IMG/VR virus record: IMGVR_UViG_3300032326_002378
Source: an uncultured virus (IMG/VR IMGVR_UViG_3300032326_002378)
Taxonomy: Duplodnaviria > Heunggongvirae > Uroviricota > Caudoviricetes
Length of the DNA: 64,000 nt
Strand: one strand, 5' to 3'
The notes beneath the pieces were generated by a model. That model saw only the letters and a program-made list of their open reading frames with translations. It was not told the DNA's origin and made no database searches. Numbering within the stretch: the stretch's first letter is position 1; every line of letters starts with the position of its first letter. Shown here piece after piece: positions 39,801 to 50,900 of this stretch. Both the position numbers and the translations under genes were made by a program.

Positions 39801-40778
39801 TCCTGCTCCTGGGTCATCATATACATTTGCTTCAGAAATGTATGCAGGAAGACTCAAGTCTCTCAATGTTGTTGCTGTATCAGTGTCTCTATTTGGGAAA
39901 ATGCCAGGAATATAAAAAAAAGCATTTATTTGTGTAGAGTCTGAATCTGCAGCAAATTGTTTTTTCATTGCCAAGACTATCTGCAATCTATTGGCCATTG
40001 AAAGATCAGAAAGTCTATATGAGCTATCTGGTAAGGTCAAAGCTCCAAGTAAAGAATCAATCTGTGAGTGTGTGAGAGTACCAATATTTTCTAAAGTTTT
40101 ATGATCAATTTGTGGCAATCTTTCAGCTGATAATGTTCCTTTGGTGACTGTAGATATATCAAGATTTTCAATATATTCTCCAGATAATTTACCTTGAACA
40201 TGTTTTGCCAAGTTGATAGGGCTAGGATTGTTTGAACCACCAATATGCTTGTGTGAATTAATGATTCCAGATAAAGACGAAATTATGCTTATTCTAACTC
40301 TTCCAGTGGTAAAAGGCTCTATGGTTGTTGTTTCACCAAAAGTTACTATAACTCCACCTAAAGATACATAATTATCAACATCAATAATTTCAACTAAAGA
40401 TGTAAGAAAATCAATATCTTTTGTTACCGGAGTGCTATCATTGGTAACTGCATAAACCCAAACTGTGGCGCTTGTAATGCCTGTTGGAAGAATTGGCAAT
40501 GCAACATCTTCAAATGCAGTTGTTTCAGCTGCTTTCCAAGAAACAAAACCTTTACCACTTGATATTCTGATATTTTGAACATCATTAGGAATTACACTTA
40601 TAACCCAAGATGAATAGTTGTTGCTTTCATCTTCAATAATTCCATTACCAAATATTTGATATAGAGAATACGTTTGGGTATCTATAGCACGAAAGCGAAG
40701 CTCATCTAAATCGAGTTCTTCGCTTAAATCCTGATTGGGCTCTAAATATCCAAGCCCATAAATTGGTGTCTTTCCCAT
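36846..40778 (-). CDS. Large virion protein, N-terminus paralogous to the 3056-aa protein, C-terminal NHL-like propeller (1310 aa)
   Basis: HKHIGGSNNPSPINL and KLSG..I..GTL..ERL..IDH motifs shared with the 3056-aa protein; IYADTANDRII and NGDLLVAE blades. Confidence 0.7.
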   Translation of the reverse strand: MGKTPIYGLGYLEPNQDLSEELDLDELRFRAIDTQTYSLYQIFGNGIIEDESNNYSSWVISVIPNDVQNIRISSGKGFVSWKAAETTAFEDVALPILPTGITSATVWVYAVTNDSTPVTKDIDFLTSLVEIIDVDNYVSLGGVIVTFGETTTIEPFTTGRVRISIISSLSGIINSHKHIGGSNNPSPINLAKHVQGKLSGEYIENLDISTVTKGTLSAERLPQIDHKTLENIGTLTHSQIDSLLGALTLPDSSYRLSDLSMANRLQIVLAMKKQFAADSDSTQINAFFYIPGIFPNRDTDTATTLRDLSLPAYISEANVYDDPGAGYDASVNFIEAAASDSNTAFNVFFTTKNNFTTMFNYINGKDIGELYTNSNIKIEGTTEDNADGIFKIDTPINFTVLSNAAGPDYENAAYGWNYYTKKIRNTNDTYTDTQYTLFTIPTTKRDWSNVTNIGLGINLTETDSACSIYMVLLVDPTDNRITDGTLVSETIEDRANSTVQTLEIKRTLPRKIFTKGTDDYATDIFVDVDLSEMIELPSDRVNVVGFAFYIKTDDTSTERWNGDASPSLKLVAPASELLVDNSGNDLTALQDARLNTANGNLSALFLWNEYLYSESARYIFRLDTGSTSATLNLYSYKITVPAGTSYTISARITDSAVEDDLNSLTALDITEEATLISGTYEIVPPSSYSITLPGSGTYTSPKFNIGKWLDIVIDLYADSEGLNTPEFEELSIDYTSVGGDQSRTWNTKYDNIEDDQSGWIESEYQKFNILYGPNYTEGGLTKNVLTLDKKDVGNWIYLSKSSALSALQTTSTTTKSTYEDGKDNSTAINNLSTYLTPWQIFNKSTNYGFYKPKDFRILWDESAIYADTANDRIIHFDSNGIVKKIIQGNLRLKLAERDFMVLAAHYNPDVAVIYLPFSQCVNIVDASKIKIIYDGLDISCNEIAYVTSVELLTPLVSQKSSTVVIKLTSKMNKLLTSATDKRVIILSGAFSSNGIATNDSESSNNTNNISGTGSSTPGTIVGPPSGSTGGGLGDGGKPGSLSVKADWNVNDILDSPSLKRFELKGNTNLFGTVEIFDSVSPKKVSSAFQSFDFKAMADGDITEIFDYNGDGITTTLIAPPKSGQTVAQIAPIELNMLTGPIYYANIFNPISVMVNNSYQYIVAQPFVNSIVAFDYDTANSVLWTLPSTLVAFNSDLLGSAYELNNGNILVATPSQSSTVLGKLMVIRRTNTDDFPIVNITLQGDAVYALPTEKSGEYYVLVDDRFNNGKNSKLLRINTSGTVVKSWNNKGLLTKPTGLNVLSNGDLLVAE

Positions 40779-40780
40779 AA

Positions 40781-41002
40781 TTAGTTAACTGGCTTATCTT
40801 CGTTGATTACTTTTGCCTGACCCCATCTAGAAGCACCCCAAGTCAAAGCATCTTGATTTGGATCAAAGGTATCTCTTCTGTACTTAGACAGCATAAGGTC
40901 TTGAGCCAATTGGGACTGCGAATTGAGCTGAATATCTCTTTGTAATTGGTTTGCATGTATCTGATATTTAATTGCATCAGAAAGATTGAAGAATTGAGGC
41001 AT
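40781..41002 (-). CDS. Small virion-block protein with WGxxxWG ending
   Basis: 73 aa, AGGAG SD, LTWGASRWGQ. Confidence 0.7.
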   Translation of the reverse strand: MPQFFNLSDAIKYQIHANQLQRDIQLNSQSQLAQDLMLSKYRRDTFDPNQDALTWGASRWGQAKVINEDKPVN

Positions 41003-41020
41003 AGTAATCTCCTAATTCAA

Positions 41021-43813
41021 TTATTTTGGACTGAAGATCGATTTTCCTTGCACAGAAGCCGTAATTATATTTTCTTTTTTATTAGCTCTGTAAACCACAT
41101 TAGAATAAAAATAATTATCAGTAACCTTAAATCCACCATTCCAAAGGTATTTGATATGGAATGTACCCATATGTTGCAAAGGCCTTGTGACATAACAGCT
41201 AAAATCAACTAAGTAGTTTGGCTTTCTACTTAACTCAATTTGATTATTATGCCAAGTTCTCAATGCCAAAGTGTCAGGCATTCCTTTACCCCAATTTCTA
41301 TAAGTTGTTTTTTCAAAACCAACATAGCCTACTATGTTGAAATTGCCATTTAAAATTGGATCAGGATTTTGAATGATAGGCCTACGATCAAATATAAAAC
41401 CTTCATATCCAGAGCCTTCTGCAATCCAATTGCTATGATATCTGTCAGTATCTGAAGTAATTTGATAACCGCCTTCAGTAAGTAATCCATGCCAATCAGT
41501 TAGGCGTTCACTAAATGTTGTATTTCTGGAATTAGCCTGTCTCAAATCAATATCAAAAAGTTTGAGTTCATCTCTATATTTAGGGTCATATTTCCAATCA
41601 AGTTTGAAATATTGTCTGTCTGTATCATAAAACATTACAGGCCAATCTGGTTGTTTATTTAACCTTTGTCCTAATAAACCAAAAACATCAGAAATGTCAG
41701 TATATATAGTAGCTTTCAATGCATCTTCTTCTAGTGGCGTATTTGACATATTAAGATTCATGGTTGCTTGAAAACCAGGATTTAAGTTATTTACATCAAA
41801 ATCAAAGAATCTATGAAATGATGAGTGTTCCATAATTCTTCTAAAACAATATTTATATTTAGCACCATGAAAAGACAGGAAACCAAAAAGCTTAGTTTTT
41901 TTTAAAACGTAAGAACCAACATCTACTGCAGAAACTTTTGTAATACTTCCAGATGCTGTTCTTGTAGTTTTAAGGTTGGTAATGAACCCTTGAAAGAATA
42001 CTTCTTCTTGTTCATATCCAGCTGAAAGCTCGATAACTAATTGATTTTGTTCAATCAATGTTAAAATGTTAACGCCATTGTAGACAGTATCCAAAGAAAA
42101 AGCTACATCAACATTAGCAAGACCAATCTCGGCAGTAGATGAAAGTATTTTACTAGACTCATCAAATTGCACATTAACAGACCAGTCCTCTAAATACTTT
42201 GTAAGATTTCCACCTATAGCATCTGCAATTGGTCTAAGCAATGATTTTGGAGGGGCTAATGTGTATTGAGGTACATTTTCTGATTTTACAAATAAAGGCC
42301 CTGATATTGAAGAACTAAACTTAATTTGGGCGTATTTACTTCCAGCTAGTGATGTATATTCAATTTTTAATTGTTCGTCTATCTTTGATCTTTGATCATG
42401 GAAAAATGAAATACCATTTTCTAATTGTGTAGAGTATCCCTTGTATGGCTCAAGATTGAAAGTATTTTCAATATGGTCAAAATATCTATATGTTAAAGTT
42501 GGTAAAGTGTCATCTATAAGTTGTGGGTCAAAATTATTGAAACATAAAGGCTCAAATTGGAAATTTACTGAAGCAAAATAAACATCCATGTATATTTCAG
42601 CTTTCTCAGATATACCATGTGTGTACTTATCCAAAGGTTGGTTTTTATTTTTAGAGCTTGGATAGTTTGAAACCCATGTGCTTGGATCTGGTGTTGTTCC
42701 ATAAAGCAAAATATCATTTAAGAAATGCATGTACAAATTGATTTCTTGCCCTGAAGAAACAATGACATTCAAATCAAATTTTGCTACAATAACATTTGCC
42801 TGATTAATCATGAATATTTGTATTTTTTCATTAGGCACCAAAACGATTGTGTATTTAAATGCGTTGTCTTTGTTTTTGATATGGGCAAACTCTTTAGCAT
42901 CTTTGGATAATGCAATAGAATCAATAATTATTTCAATTCTTGATTGCTTACCTTGAATCTGCTGTTGTGGGAAAATAGGTAATAGTTGAAGATGAAAACT
43001 TGAATTGTATGTTGATTTTTCTTTAACATCAAAAGAATATTTCTTTTGTTTTGCATCAAAGCAAAATAATTTTGCATTTTCTTCAGAAGTTCCATAAACA
43101 ATATCAGCTGATATAGGGAAAATTCTTTTTACTCTGCATGCATGATCTGGGCTAGTAACTTCTACAAAAGCACCATTGTTGATATCATCAACTGTACTTA
43201 TATGTGGTGTGTACGGATCTTCAAAAATTTGTCCAGAATATTTTTGGCATTTATTGAGATCTACATTTTTTCCAAATATCTGAGTAATCTTCCAAATATT
43301 GTAGGTTGTAAAAGCACTAGCATTATATAAATTAGACTTTCTATAAGGCATAAAGGGCTGCTGTGGACCTTGCAAAACCTCTAATGCTGGAAAAACATTT
43401 TCTACATTACTATTATTTCTTGGATTATTGTCAAATTGGGGAACTGATAAATATTGATCCTTTCTTGGACCCATAATTAAATTAAATACAGGGTGTGTAA
43501 CAGCATCTTTTTCAACATCAAATGCACCAAAAGCAAATGTGCATTTAGGAGCACCAATAGCTGTGTTAACCTTTGGAATAAAACCACCATAAATGCTTGG
43601 TACAGAACTTAAATAATCCGAAGTATTTAATGTATATAAATTGTTATTTAATTTCACTGCAGAAGAATGCATCTTGTTATTTTGTGGTGAAAAGTTTTCT
43701 ACATTTTCACTCTTGTTTGCAGTGTAAAAACCTTCAGCAATAGGTTTATCAGGATTATATAAAAGATATAATCTGCATGTTTGTTTTAATTCTCTTGTTG
43801 GATCAATTATCAT
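41021..43813 (-). CDS. Putative baseplate hub / tail-tip protein (930 aa)
   Basis: C-terminal half IELSAGY...VFFQGFIT...ITKVSAVD resembles phage hub proteins; position in the tail block. Confidence 0.45.
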   Translation of the reverse strand: MIIDPTRELKQTCRLYLLYNPDKPIAEGFYTANKSENVENFSPQNNKMHSSAVKLNNNLYTLNTSDYLSSVPSIYGGFIPKVNTAIGAPKCTFAFGAFDVEKDAVTHPVFNLIMGPRKDQYLSVPQFDNNPRNNSNVENVFPALEVLQGPQQPFMPYRKSNLYNASAFTTYNIWKITQIFGKNVDLNKCQKYSGQIFEDPYTPHISTVDDINNGAFVEVTSPDHACRVKRIFPISADIVYGTSEENAKLFCFDAKQKKYSFDVKEKSTYNSSFHLQLLPIFPQQQIQGKQSRIEIIIDSIALSKDAKEFAHIKNKDNAFKYTIVLVPNEKIQIFMINQANVIVAKFDLNVIVSSGQEINLYMHFLNDILLYGTTPDPSTWVSNYPSSKNKNQPLDKYTHGISEKAEIYMDVYFASVNFQFEPLCFNNFDPQLIDDTLPTLTYRYFDHIENTFNLEPYKGYSTQLENGISFFHDQRSKIDEQLKIEYTSLAGSKYAQIKFSSSISGPLFVKSENVPQYTLAPPKSLLRPIADAIGGNLTKYLEDWSVNVQFDESSKILSSTAEIGLANVDVAFSLDTVYNGVNILTLIEQNQLVIELSAGYEQEEVFFQGFITNLKTTRTASGSITKVSAVDVGSYVLKKTKLFGFLSFHGAKYKYCFRRIMEHSSFHRFFDFDVNNLNPGFQATMNLNMSNTPLEEDALKATIYTDISDVFGLLGQRLNKQPDWPVMFYDTDRQYFKLDWKYDPKYRDELKLFDIDLRQANSRNTTFSERLTDWHGLLTEGGYQITSDTDRYHSNWIAEGSGYEGFIFDRRPIIQNPDPILNGNFNIVGYVGFEKTTYRNWGKGMPDTLALRTWHNNQIELSRKPNYLVDFSCYVTRPLQHMGTFHIKYLWNGGFKVTDNYFYSNVVYRANKKENIITASVQGKSIFSPK
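41022..41049 (-). promoter_or_regulatory. Variant motif AAGG-N18-AAAATA
   Basis: AAGG aaaatcgatcttcagtcc AAAATAAT before SD/ATG 41002. Confidence 0.45.
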
Positions 43814-46800
43814 TATGATAAACCTTTGTAATATTTCTTTTCTGAGACATATGAATAAGGGATTATATTTCTAGAAACTATAGTATTATCTCTATCCTTA
43901 TACCAGACAGATATCGAACTTGAAGTGCCTTTGTTTTCCAGACTGATACCTGCTCTTTGCAAAACAATATCAACCTTTTCATCTTTATCGTTATTGTTCA
44001 TAACTAAATATTTTTGCTTTTCTAATTCATATACTAATTTATTCTTCTCATCTAAAGTAAAATTTCCCGCTACTAACTGCAATTTTGGGTTTATGTTTGC
44101 ACCACCAGGATATCCAGAATAACTAGTTTTGAAATAAAATAATTTACTGTCACACCAAAAAACAGTATGCAGTAATCTTCTAATTGAGTCATATTTTGAA
44201 CTTATTCCATATATCTGTAAAGCTGAATACAATGTCGGAATAAGTCCTTCAAAAGTAAATAATATATACTCAGGGCTAGGTTGTGATAAATTAAAACTTT
44301 TGGATTTTATTGCATATTGAGAAGAGTTCTTGACATATTGCAAAAGAAAATCATTACTATTTAACTTGATTAAATCAACATGTGTTGCAAGTAAATTATC
44401 AACAGTTTTAATTTCTTCAGGAGTTCTCAAATCTATCAAACCAGGAAATAAACTTAAATCTTCAGGTTTATCACCAGCAAGTAAATAATTTCTGTATTCA
44501 TTTTTACCATCAGCTGAGACGTTTACAGATCTATTTATTTTAAAAATTAGAGAGCCTGGTTGTGCAAATCCTGCTCCATAAAAAGTTTGACTTGCTTTAT
44601 CAATTGCTGCAGTGAATAAATTAAATCCACTAAATATTTTTTTAACTTCTTGGCCAAATCCTGGTGTTGTTGCATATCTCTGTTCAGCAGGCAATCCCCA
44701 TCTTTTAGCATCACCATCATTTTGATTTAATGCAGCAGAGATATAATTACCTTCAGAACTAACAGCTTCAGTCATTAAATAGATTTGATCTGCACTTCCT
44801 GAGTTACTGTTAGATACAGAAAAGTTTAAAAGTTTTGGCTTTGATCCATTTAAATTAGCAACAACTGTACCAGAAGAGTTGTAATTTGCTACTGTATATT
44901 GATCAAAAGAGCTTCCATAAGAATTCACTCTTAAAATGTCTATTTCGCCTAGTTCACTTGCACTTGTTCTATTACTAGTATAAGCAACAATAAATGTGTC
45001 ACTAAATCCGCTATTGACAACACCTATTGAGTCTTCTGCTAAATCTGCAACTCCTGCTACAGTTCTGAATTTAGGTTCTGCACTACCAAAATTATGATTA
45101 AACCTTACCTCCATATCAGATGGGAGGTTTACATACCAAGTTGGAGAATACAAGGTACCTCTTAAAACATATGGGTCTTGTAAAGTTACCGTTTTTGTAC
45201 CTAAGCTTTCAGGTGAGGCAATAAAATAAAACTGACTGTCTTTGTCAGCATCTGCCCCTAATATTTTAGTTGGTGCTAATGGTAAATCTTCATAGTATGC
45301 GGGAGATCCTATTGCTGACGGTGTAGAAGGTGCATTATATATAATTCTTTCTTGTTCTATTGTATTTTGCTTTATTTCAATGCTGTCAATTCTGAACCCA
45401 AACTTAATTTTTAGATTTTTATCGTAATATTCTTTAAGCTCGGAATATGTAAAATTCAAATCGCAATAAGGAAAATATGTTAATCTTAAAACAAATTGTG
45501 TTTCTGCACCATCGATTAAAAATGGGAATGAAATATTTGTTCTGTATGTGTAAGTCTGAAATGATAAACCAGCTCCTTTTAATTCAGGAGATTTAAATAA
45601 TCTACTTACAACTTTACCTTCAACATCAACAAGTAACCCTTCGATGATAAGGTTAAAGTCAATGCTAACATCACTAATTCTATTTCTTTTAACTTCGATT
45701 TCCCAAGCACCAGAATTGATCCTTCCATTTTGCAATGAAACTACATCTGTAACAAAATCTGTAATTATTGTTTTTGATGGACTTGTGGTTTTAGATAATG
45801 TTCTGAATAGCTCTTCTGTGATTGGTACATTTAATTTTCCAGTGTCATAACTTTCAAATGCATCTGGTTTTTTCAACAAAGCTACATCTTCAAATGCATA
45901 ACTATTATCAGATCCAGCAAAAGACACAAACTTGTTTTTATAAGGGATGTACTCATAATTTTTATCAAAATCAGCGGCTTGTTCATATGTTATAGGGATT
46001 GGTCTTCTGCCTGTCAAGCTTGAAGAAACTTTCAATGAATTAGCTATTTTAAGATAAGAGTTTGAAGTAAAGCTTGTTTCTGATGGATTTCTTATTGCAT
46101 GAAGTTCATTAGATATAACTTGATATATAGGTGTATCAAATCCATTTTTTTCAGTATCAAAAGCAAAATTAACTACAGTTCCTGTTACCCTGGTACCTGA
46201 AGCTCTAACATAAACTCCAACAACTAAAACAGCTTCATCAAATGAGGCATCAGGCATAGATATTATTTGCTTATCAGATATGTATCTTGCAATTTCATAT
46301 TGTGTTAGATTTGTTGGAGACGGAGGGGCTATTAATACTTCATCATATTTTGTGGGTGATTTTCTTACTAGTTTTGTAGTTGTAGCGTTTGATTCAAAGC
46401 AAACTTCAGTTTGCGATCTGTAAGATGTAAGATTATTTTTTGAGAAAGAATCTTTTGGAGCAAACCACATACGAAAATAAATATGGTAATTGTTATCATT
46501 GAAGTTATTTATTGTCTGAGTTTCAAATGATGCTCTGAACAATCCCTTTGAGAAGTTAACACCATTTTTCAAAGACACAGGATTAATTTCATCAAGAGCG
46601 ACAAACGTTGCTATTTCTTGATCAAGCTCTAACAAACCAGGTTCTTGATTAATTGTTTGCTTGATTGAGAAATCTTCTTTTTTTGATATTGTTGCTACCT
46701 TATTAAGCTTCCAATATTGAGATGCAGGGTTTTCCTTTTTGATTTTCTGATCTTCAAAAAATACATATCTAGCTTGTCTTTTTCCAGCTTGAATACCTAA

Positions 46801-47919
46801 TAAAGTAAATTGATAAATAGTAAAGGGTGATTCTAATCCAATGCCAGCTAATAAATCAAATGCACCACTTACAGGAACAGATGCAAAATAAAATCTTAAA
46901 TTGACACCATGAGCAAAACCTGGACTATTAGTTCTTGCTTCTGGATTGAATAATTTTAAATTGACTGTAGGCCTATAGTTGTCACCTTTTGGAAAAGTAA
47001 CAAAATAAGTATTCTTTTCTGGATCAATAGCTTTTCTTAAAGTTACTGCATATCCCAAAATACTACATGGAAGATTTCTTGGATTTAAGTTTGTCTCATC
47101 AAAAGCTCTAAATATCCAAATATTTTTAATTCTTAAACGCAAGCTAGAACAATTTGCCGATTCATTAGTTAAAGCAAGTTCAAGATTATCAGCTGAAGGT
47201 CTTGATAATGCAGATATAGACGTGCCAGTTAGTAAGTTCTTTTTTATGGTTTCTGGATAAGAAGTTGTCGAAACTCCGTTATTTGAAACTTCTTTGTGAA
47301 TGCCAGTCAAGCTCAAAGTTAATGGTACAGTTCCATTATCAGGATTAAATTGTTTTCCCTCAAGTAGCAAACTAATCAAATTGTATTCATTGAAAGGAAA
47401 ATCACTTAATGCTGAAGAGTCACCTTTTCTATACGCATCAATTTTAGCTAAATGTTCTTCATTGGTTATAAAGTTTGAAATAGAATCATCAAAAGGATCA
47501 AAAGACAAACTATATTCGATAGTGAAACATCCTAGCTTGAAAGTAAAGTTTGGAAGTTTTATCTTATAGTTCAGAGAAGTTGCTATCGTGAAGTCTTCAT
47601 TTAATTCATTTCCTAAAACAAAACTCTTCATAGGCGGTAATCCTATGTAAGAAGTTGGATTAGTTAATGGACGGTATGTATTGAAAAATGGCCAGATTTC
47701 TGAGTCTTCGTCAGTCAAAACGGAACCAGAAATTGTAACTAAAATCTTATCTGTTTCTAAAGATGACTTAGTTGCTTGTACGTTGTAAAACTGTCCTCTT
47801 ACACACCTAGCTATAGAATATCCCGTGCCGATATCATCCCCTTTAGCAAGTGTAGTTGGAAACCATTTTTTGCCTGCTTGAGGTGGTGAATATGGAGGAT
47901 TGATATATGAGTCTGGCAT
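43813..47919 (-). CDS. Large hypothetical virion-block protein (1368 aa)
   Basis: Long beta-rich ORF, TAATG overlap with the next gene. Confidence 0.7.
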   Translation of the reverse strand: MPDSYINPPYSPPQAGKKWFPTTLAKGDDIGTGYSIARCVRGQFYNVQATKSSLETDKILVTISGSVLTDEDSEIWPFFNTYRPLTNPTSYIGLPPMKSFVLGNELNEDFTIATSLNYKIKLPNFTFKLGCFTIEYSLSFDPFDDSISNFITNEEHLAKIDAYRKGDSSALSDFPFNEYNLISLLLEGKQFNPDNGTVPLTLSLTGIHKEVSNNGVSTTSYPETIKKNLLTGTSISALSRPSADNLELALTNESANCSSLRLRIKNIWIFRAFDETNLNPRNLPCSILGYAVTLRKAIDPEKNTYFVTFPKGDNYRPTVNLKLFNPEARTNSPGFAHGVNLRFYFASVPVSGAFDLLAGIGLESPFTIYQFTLLGIQAGKRQARYVFFEDQKIKKENPASQYWKLNKVATISKKEDFSIKQTINQEPGLLELDQEIATFVALDEINPVSLKNGVNFSKGLFRASFETQTINNFNDNNYHIYFRMWFAPKDSFSKNNLTSYRSQTEVCFESNATTTKLVRKSPTKYDEVLIAPPSPTNLTQYEIARYISDKQIISMPDASFDEAVLVVGVYVRASGTRVTGTVVNFAFDTEKNGFDTPIYQVISNELHAIRNPSETSFTSNSYLKIANSLKVSSSLTGRRPIPITYEQAADFDKNYEYIPYKNKFVSFAGSDNSYAFEDVALLKKPDAFESYDTGKLNVPITEELFRTLSKTTSPSKTIITDFVTDVVSLQNGRINSGAWEIEVKRNRISDVSIDFNLIIEGLLVDVEGKVVSRLFKSPELKGAGLSFQTYTYRTNISFPFLIDGAETQFVLRLTYFPYCDLNFTYSELKEYYDKNLKIKFGFRIDSIEIKQNTIEQERIIYNAPSTPSAIGSPAYYEDLPLAPTKILGADADKDSQFYFIASPESLGTKTVTLQDPYVLRGTLYSPTWYVNLPSDMEVRFNHNFGSAEPKFRTVAGVADLAEDSIGVVNSGFSDTFIVAYTSNRTSASELGEIDILRVNSYGSSFDQYTVANYNSSGTVVANLNGSKPKLLNFSVSNSNSGSADQIYLMTEAVSSEGNYISAALNQNDGDAKRWGLPAEQRYATTPGFGQEVKKIFSGFNLFTAAIDKASQTFYGAGFAQPGSLIFKINRSVNVSADGKNEYRNYLLAGDKPEDLSLFPGLIDLRTPEEIKTVDNLLATHVDLIKLNSNDFLLQYVKNSSQYAIKSKSFNLSQPSPEYILFTFEGLIPTLYSALQIYGISSKYDSIRRLLHTVFWCDSKLFYFKTSYSGYPGGANINPKLQLVAGNFTLDEKNKLVYELEKQKYLVMNNNDKDEKVDIVLQRAGISLENKGTSSSISVWYKDRDNTIVSRNIIPYSYVSEKKYYKGLS

Positions 47920-47920
47920 T

Positions 47921-50900
47921 TTAGGTGTTTAAGAACTTGATAAACATATCTTGTATATCGTCTTTTACTCTTTTTTCTGTTTTTCTTATTTCATCGGAAG
48001 TACGTCTTTCGTAATACTCGGTTACTTCAAATATAATTTTCTGTTTCAAAATAACAATATCTTCTTGAGTTACATTGTAAGATTTTAGCTTTTGTTCAAT
48101 CTTCTCGAATACTGTTTGTGTAATTTCAAAAATATTTATTTTCTCAATTTCAGTTATTGTAGTTTCAGTTTCTCTAATAACCTTGGAAGTATTCGGGTTT
48201 ATTTTTTGATTGTCGTTTATATTATAATAGTTGGACTCATTTTTAGTTGAGGAGAAATCCTGATTAATTGTACTTTCGTATTTATTATTTACTTCATTTT
48301 TTGTTACAGAATTAGTATTACTTGAATTATTATTTATAGTTCTTTGATCAATATTGTTTACATTATTAATCTCACTTTCAGAATTAATTTCTTCTACTAT
48401 TTTATTAACTTCGGTTTTGACAAAATTATTCCAAATCTTATCAATCCTTAAATTACTTACATCTACATCTTCTTCATTATTAATTACTTCAAACGAACTT
48501 GATACATTTTCAACTACTTGCTCAGAAGAATTAGTAGTAGAAATCTTTGATATATTGTCTGGCAGATTAATATTATTCGAATTGTTTTGATAATTTAAAA
48601 CACTTAATTGACTATAATTCTGCTCATTGTTATTTGCAATTTTTTGATTAACAACTTGATTTATTTCACTTTGAACATTCTCCATAATCACAGTATTCAG
48701 AAGAGAATAGTTGCCAGAAGATTTGAATACATTAGTTAACCCCTGAACCAATGTAGAATCATTTTGTTGTTTTATAATGCTTTCAATATTCTCATTATAT
48801 ATTTCTGTATTTAAAGTATTTTTAATAACTTCTGAGGCACTTTGCACAACTTGAGAATTAAGAATATTTTGGTTTATATTGATATTACTGTTTAAGGTCT
48901 CGCTTATAACCTTTTGAATATTATAGTTTTGAATATTAGTTTCAACTTCTTCAACGAGGTTTTTAGTCAAAGAGTTAAATGTTCTCTCCATGTTAAAAAT
49001 ATTGAAGTTCTTTAATAAATTGCTTAGTACTGCATCTCTAGTAGTACTCATAAAAGAAATAGAGTTTACAATATTATCAATTTTTTGCTGGACTGAAAGA
49101 TTATTATTTTCATTTATTAAGTTTATTGTTTCTAAAAGACTCGAATATGTTTTGGTTTCATAGTTTTCAAATCTTTGCTTCACAACTTCTTCTGAATAAA
49201 TATTGTTGAGTTCAGTAATAATATTGTTCTTTTCAACAACATTCAAATCCGAGAAATTAGTGTTAGTCGAAGCACTTTGGTAAACACTCGAAATAGTTTG
49301 CTGTGTAACATTTGAAAAATTGTTTACTACATTCTGCAAGCTATTATTTGACTCTAAAACATTATTCAGAACTTGCTTTACTTCATTGTTCAAAAATACA
49401 GAATTAGTATTTAATGTTTCTTGGATATTTGATAAAGTAAAAAGTTCTTTATTTTCTTTGATAAATCTTTTGTATTCATTATTTTCAACAAGAGTATTAG
49501 CAACAAAATCAATCTGTTCTAATTTAACTTGATTGATAGTTGTTTGAAAATTGTTAATTACTTCTTTAAGCTCATCATAACTGTTTACATTTTCAATCTC
49601 ATTTTTAAAACTATTTAATATTTTAATTTCGTTTTTGACTTCTGAAAATTGAGTAGTATATTTGAGTGCTGTTTCTTTGGCTATAAGGTTTATTTGTTCA
49701 AAGTTATTTACAGTTGTGGAGTTTTCTATTAGGTCAACTTTGAAAGCCAAATTGTTCAAATAACTAGTAAAATAATTAAGCTGGTTGTTTTCATTTATTT
49801 CATAGTTATTTGCAATCAGATTTTCTTCAACTATGTTTTTAAGCTGGTTGATATTGTTTGAATTGAAATTGTTAACATTCAAAGTTTGCAGAACATTTTC
49901 AATATTTTCTATCTTGATGTTTTGATTTTTAAAGATGTTTTGAGCAGTGGATAAAGTTTCATTTAAGAATTGTTGTTTTAAATTATTTACATAATTCTTA
50001 TTATCTTCTTGGGTGTTATTCTTTACTGAATTATAAACTTCATCAATAAATTCAGAGTTTTGATTTACTATTGTATTCTCGCTCAAGCTCTGATTTACGT
50101 TCAAATTATTTAATTCAGTGTTTATGGTATTTAGTATTTGCTCAACATTAGTAGTGGCATTTAACTGTTCTGTAATGTTACTTATGGCTGTATTAAATTG
50201 CTGTGAAAGATTAGAATTACTCATTTGCTTAAGCGTTGACGCATTCTTGAGCTCTGTGTAATTCTTATTTTCAACTAAAGTTTTCGCCACTAATTCACTT
50301 GTAATGTTTGAAAGATTGCTTACATAATTGTCAATATTTTCAACTATAGAATTATTTAAAACATTATCTTCTGAGACATTTGTAATTATATTTTTGATAT
50401 CAACAAATGCATTTTTAACTTCCTCTAAATTATATTGATTTAGCACTTCCTTGATTTCAGTAAGAGTGGCAAAGCTATTTAGAGATTCATTTTTTTCGAT
50501 AATATTTTTAATTTCAGTTACAAAAATATAATCATCAAATGCATGCTTGTAAACATTTTCTTTGATTACGTTTAATGTGTAATTTGATATGGTTTCATTT
50601 TGACTAATTAGAAAGTTTTTTACTTCCTCTTCCACAATGTTGCTTGAAGTTATTAAATTGAAAAACTTATTTGTTATGTCAGTGTTTTGAGTTTTTGTTA
50701 GTCTTTCTTGTATTTCAGACACCACTTCATTATTAGGTGCCATAACTGATATTTTGTCTATAGTATTTTGGAACGTTTTGAGTATTTCTTTTGTGCTAAT
50801 TAAAGACTGAGAAACATTAGTAAGCTCGATAGAAGTTTTATAGACCTTATTGATAAAAGATTCTATATTATAGTTTTTGATATCTGTAAAACTATTCAAT

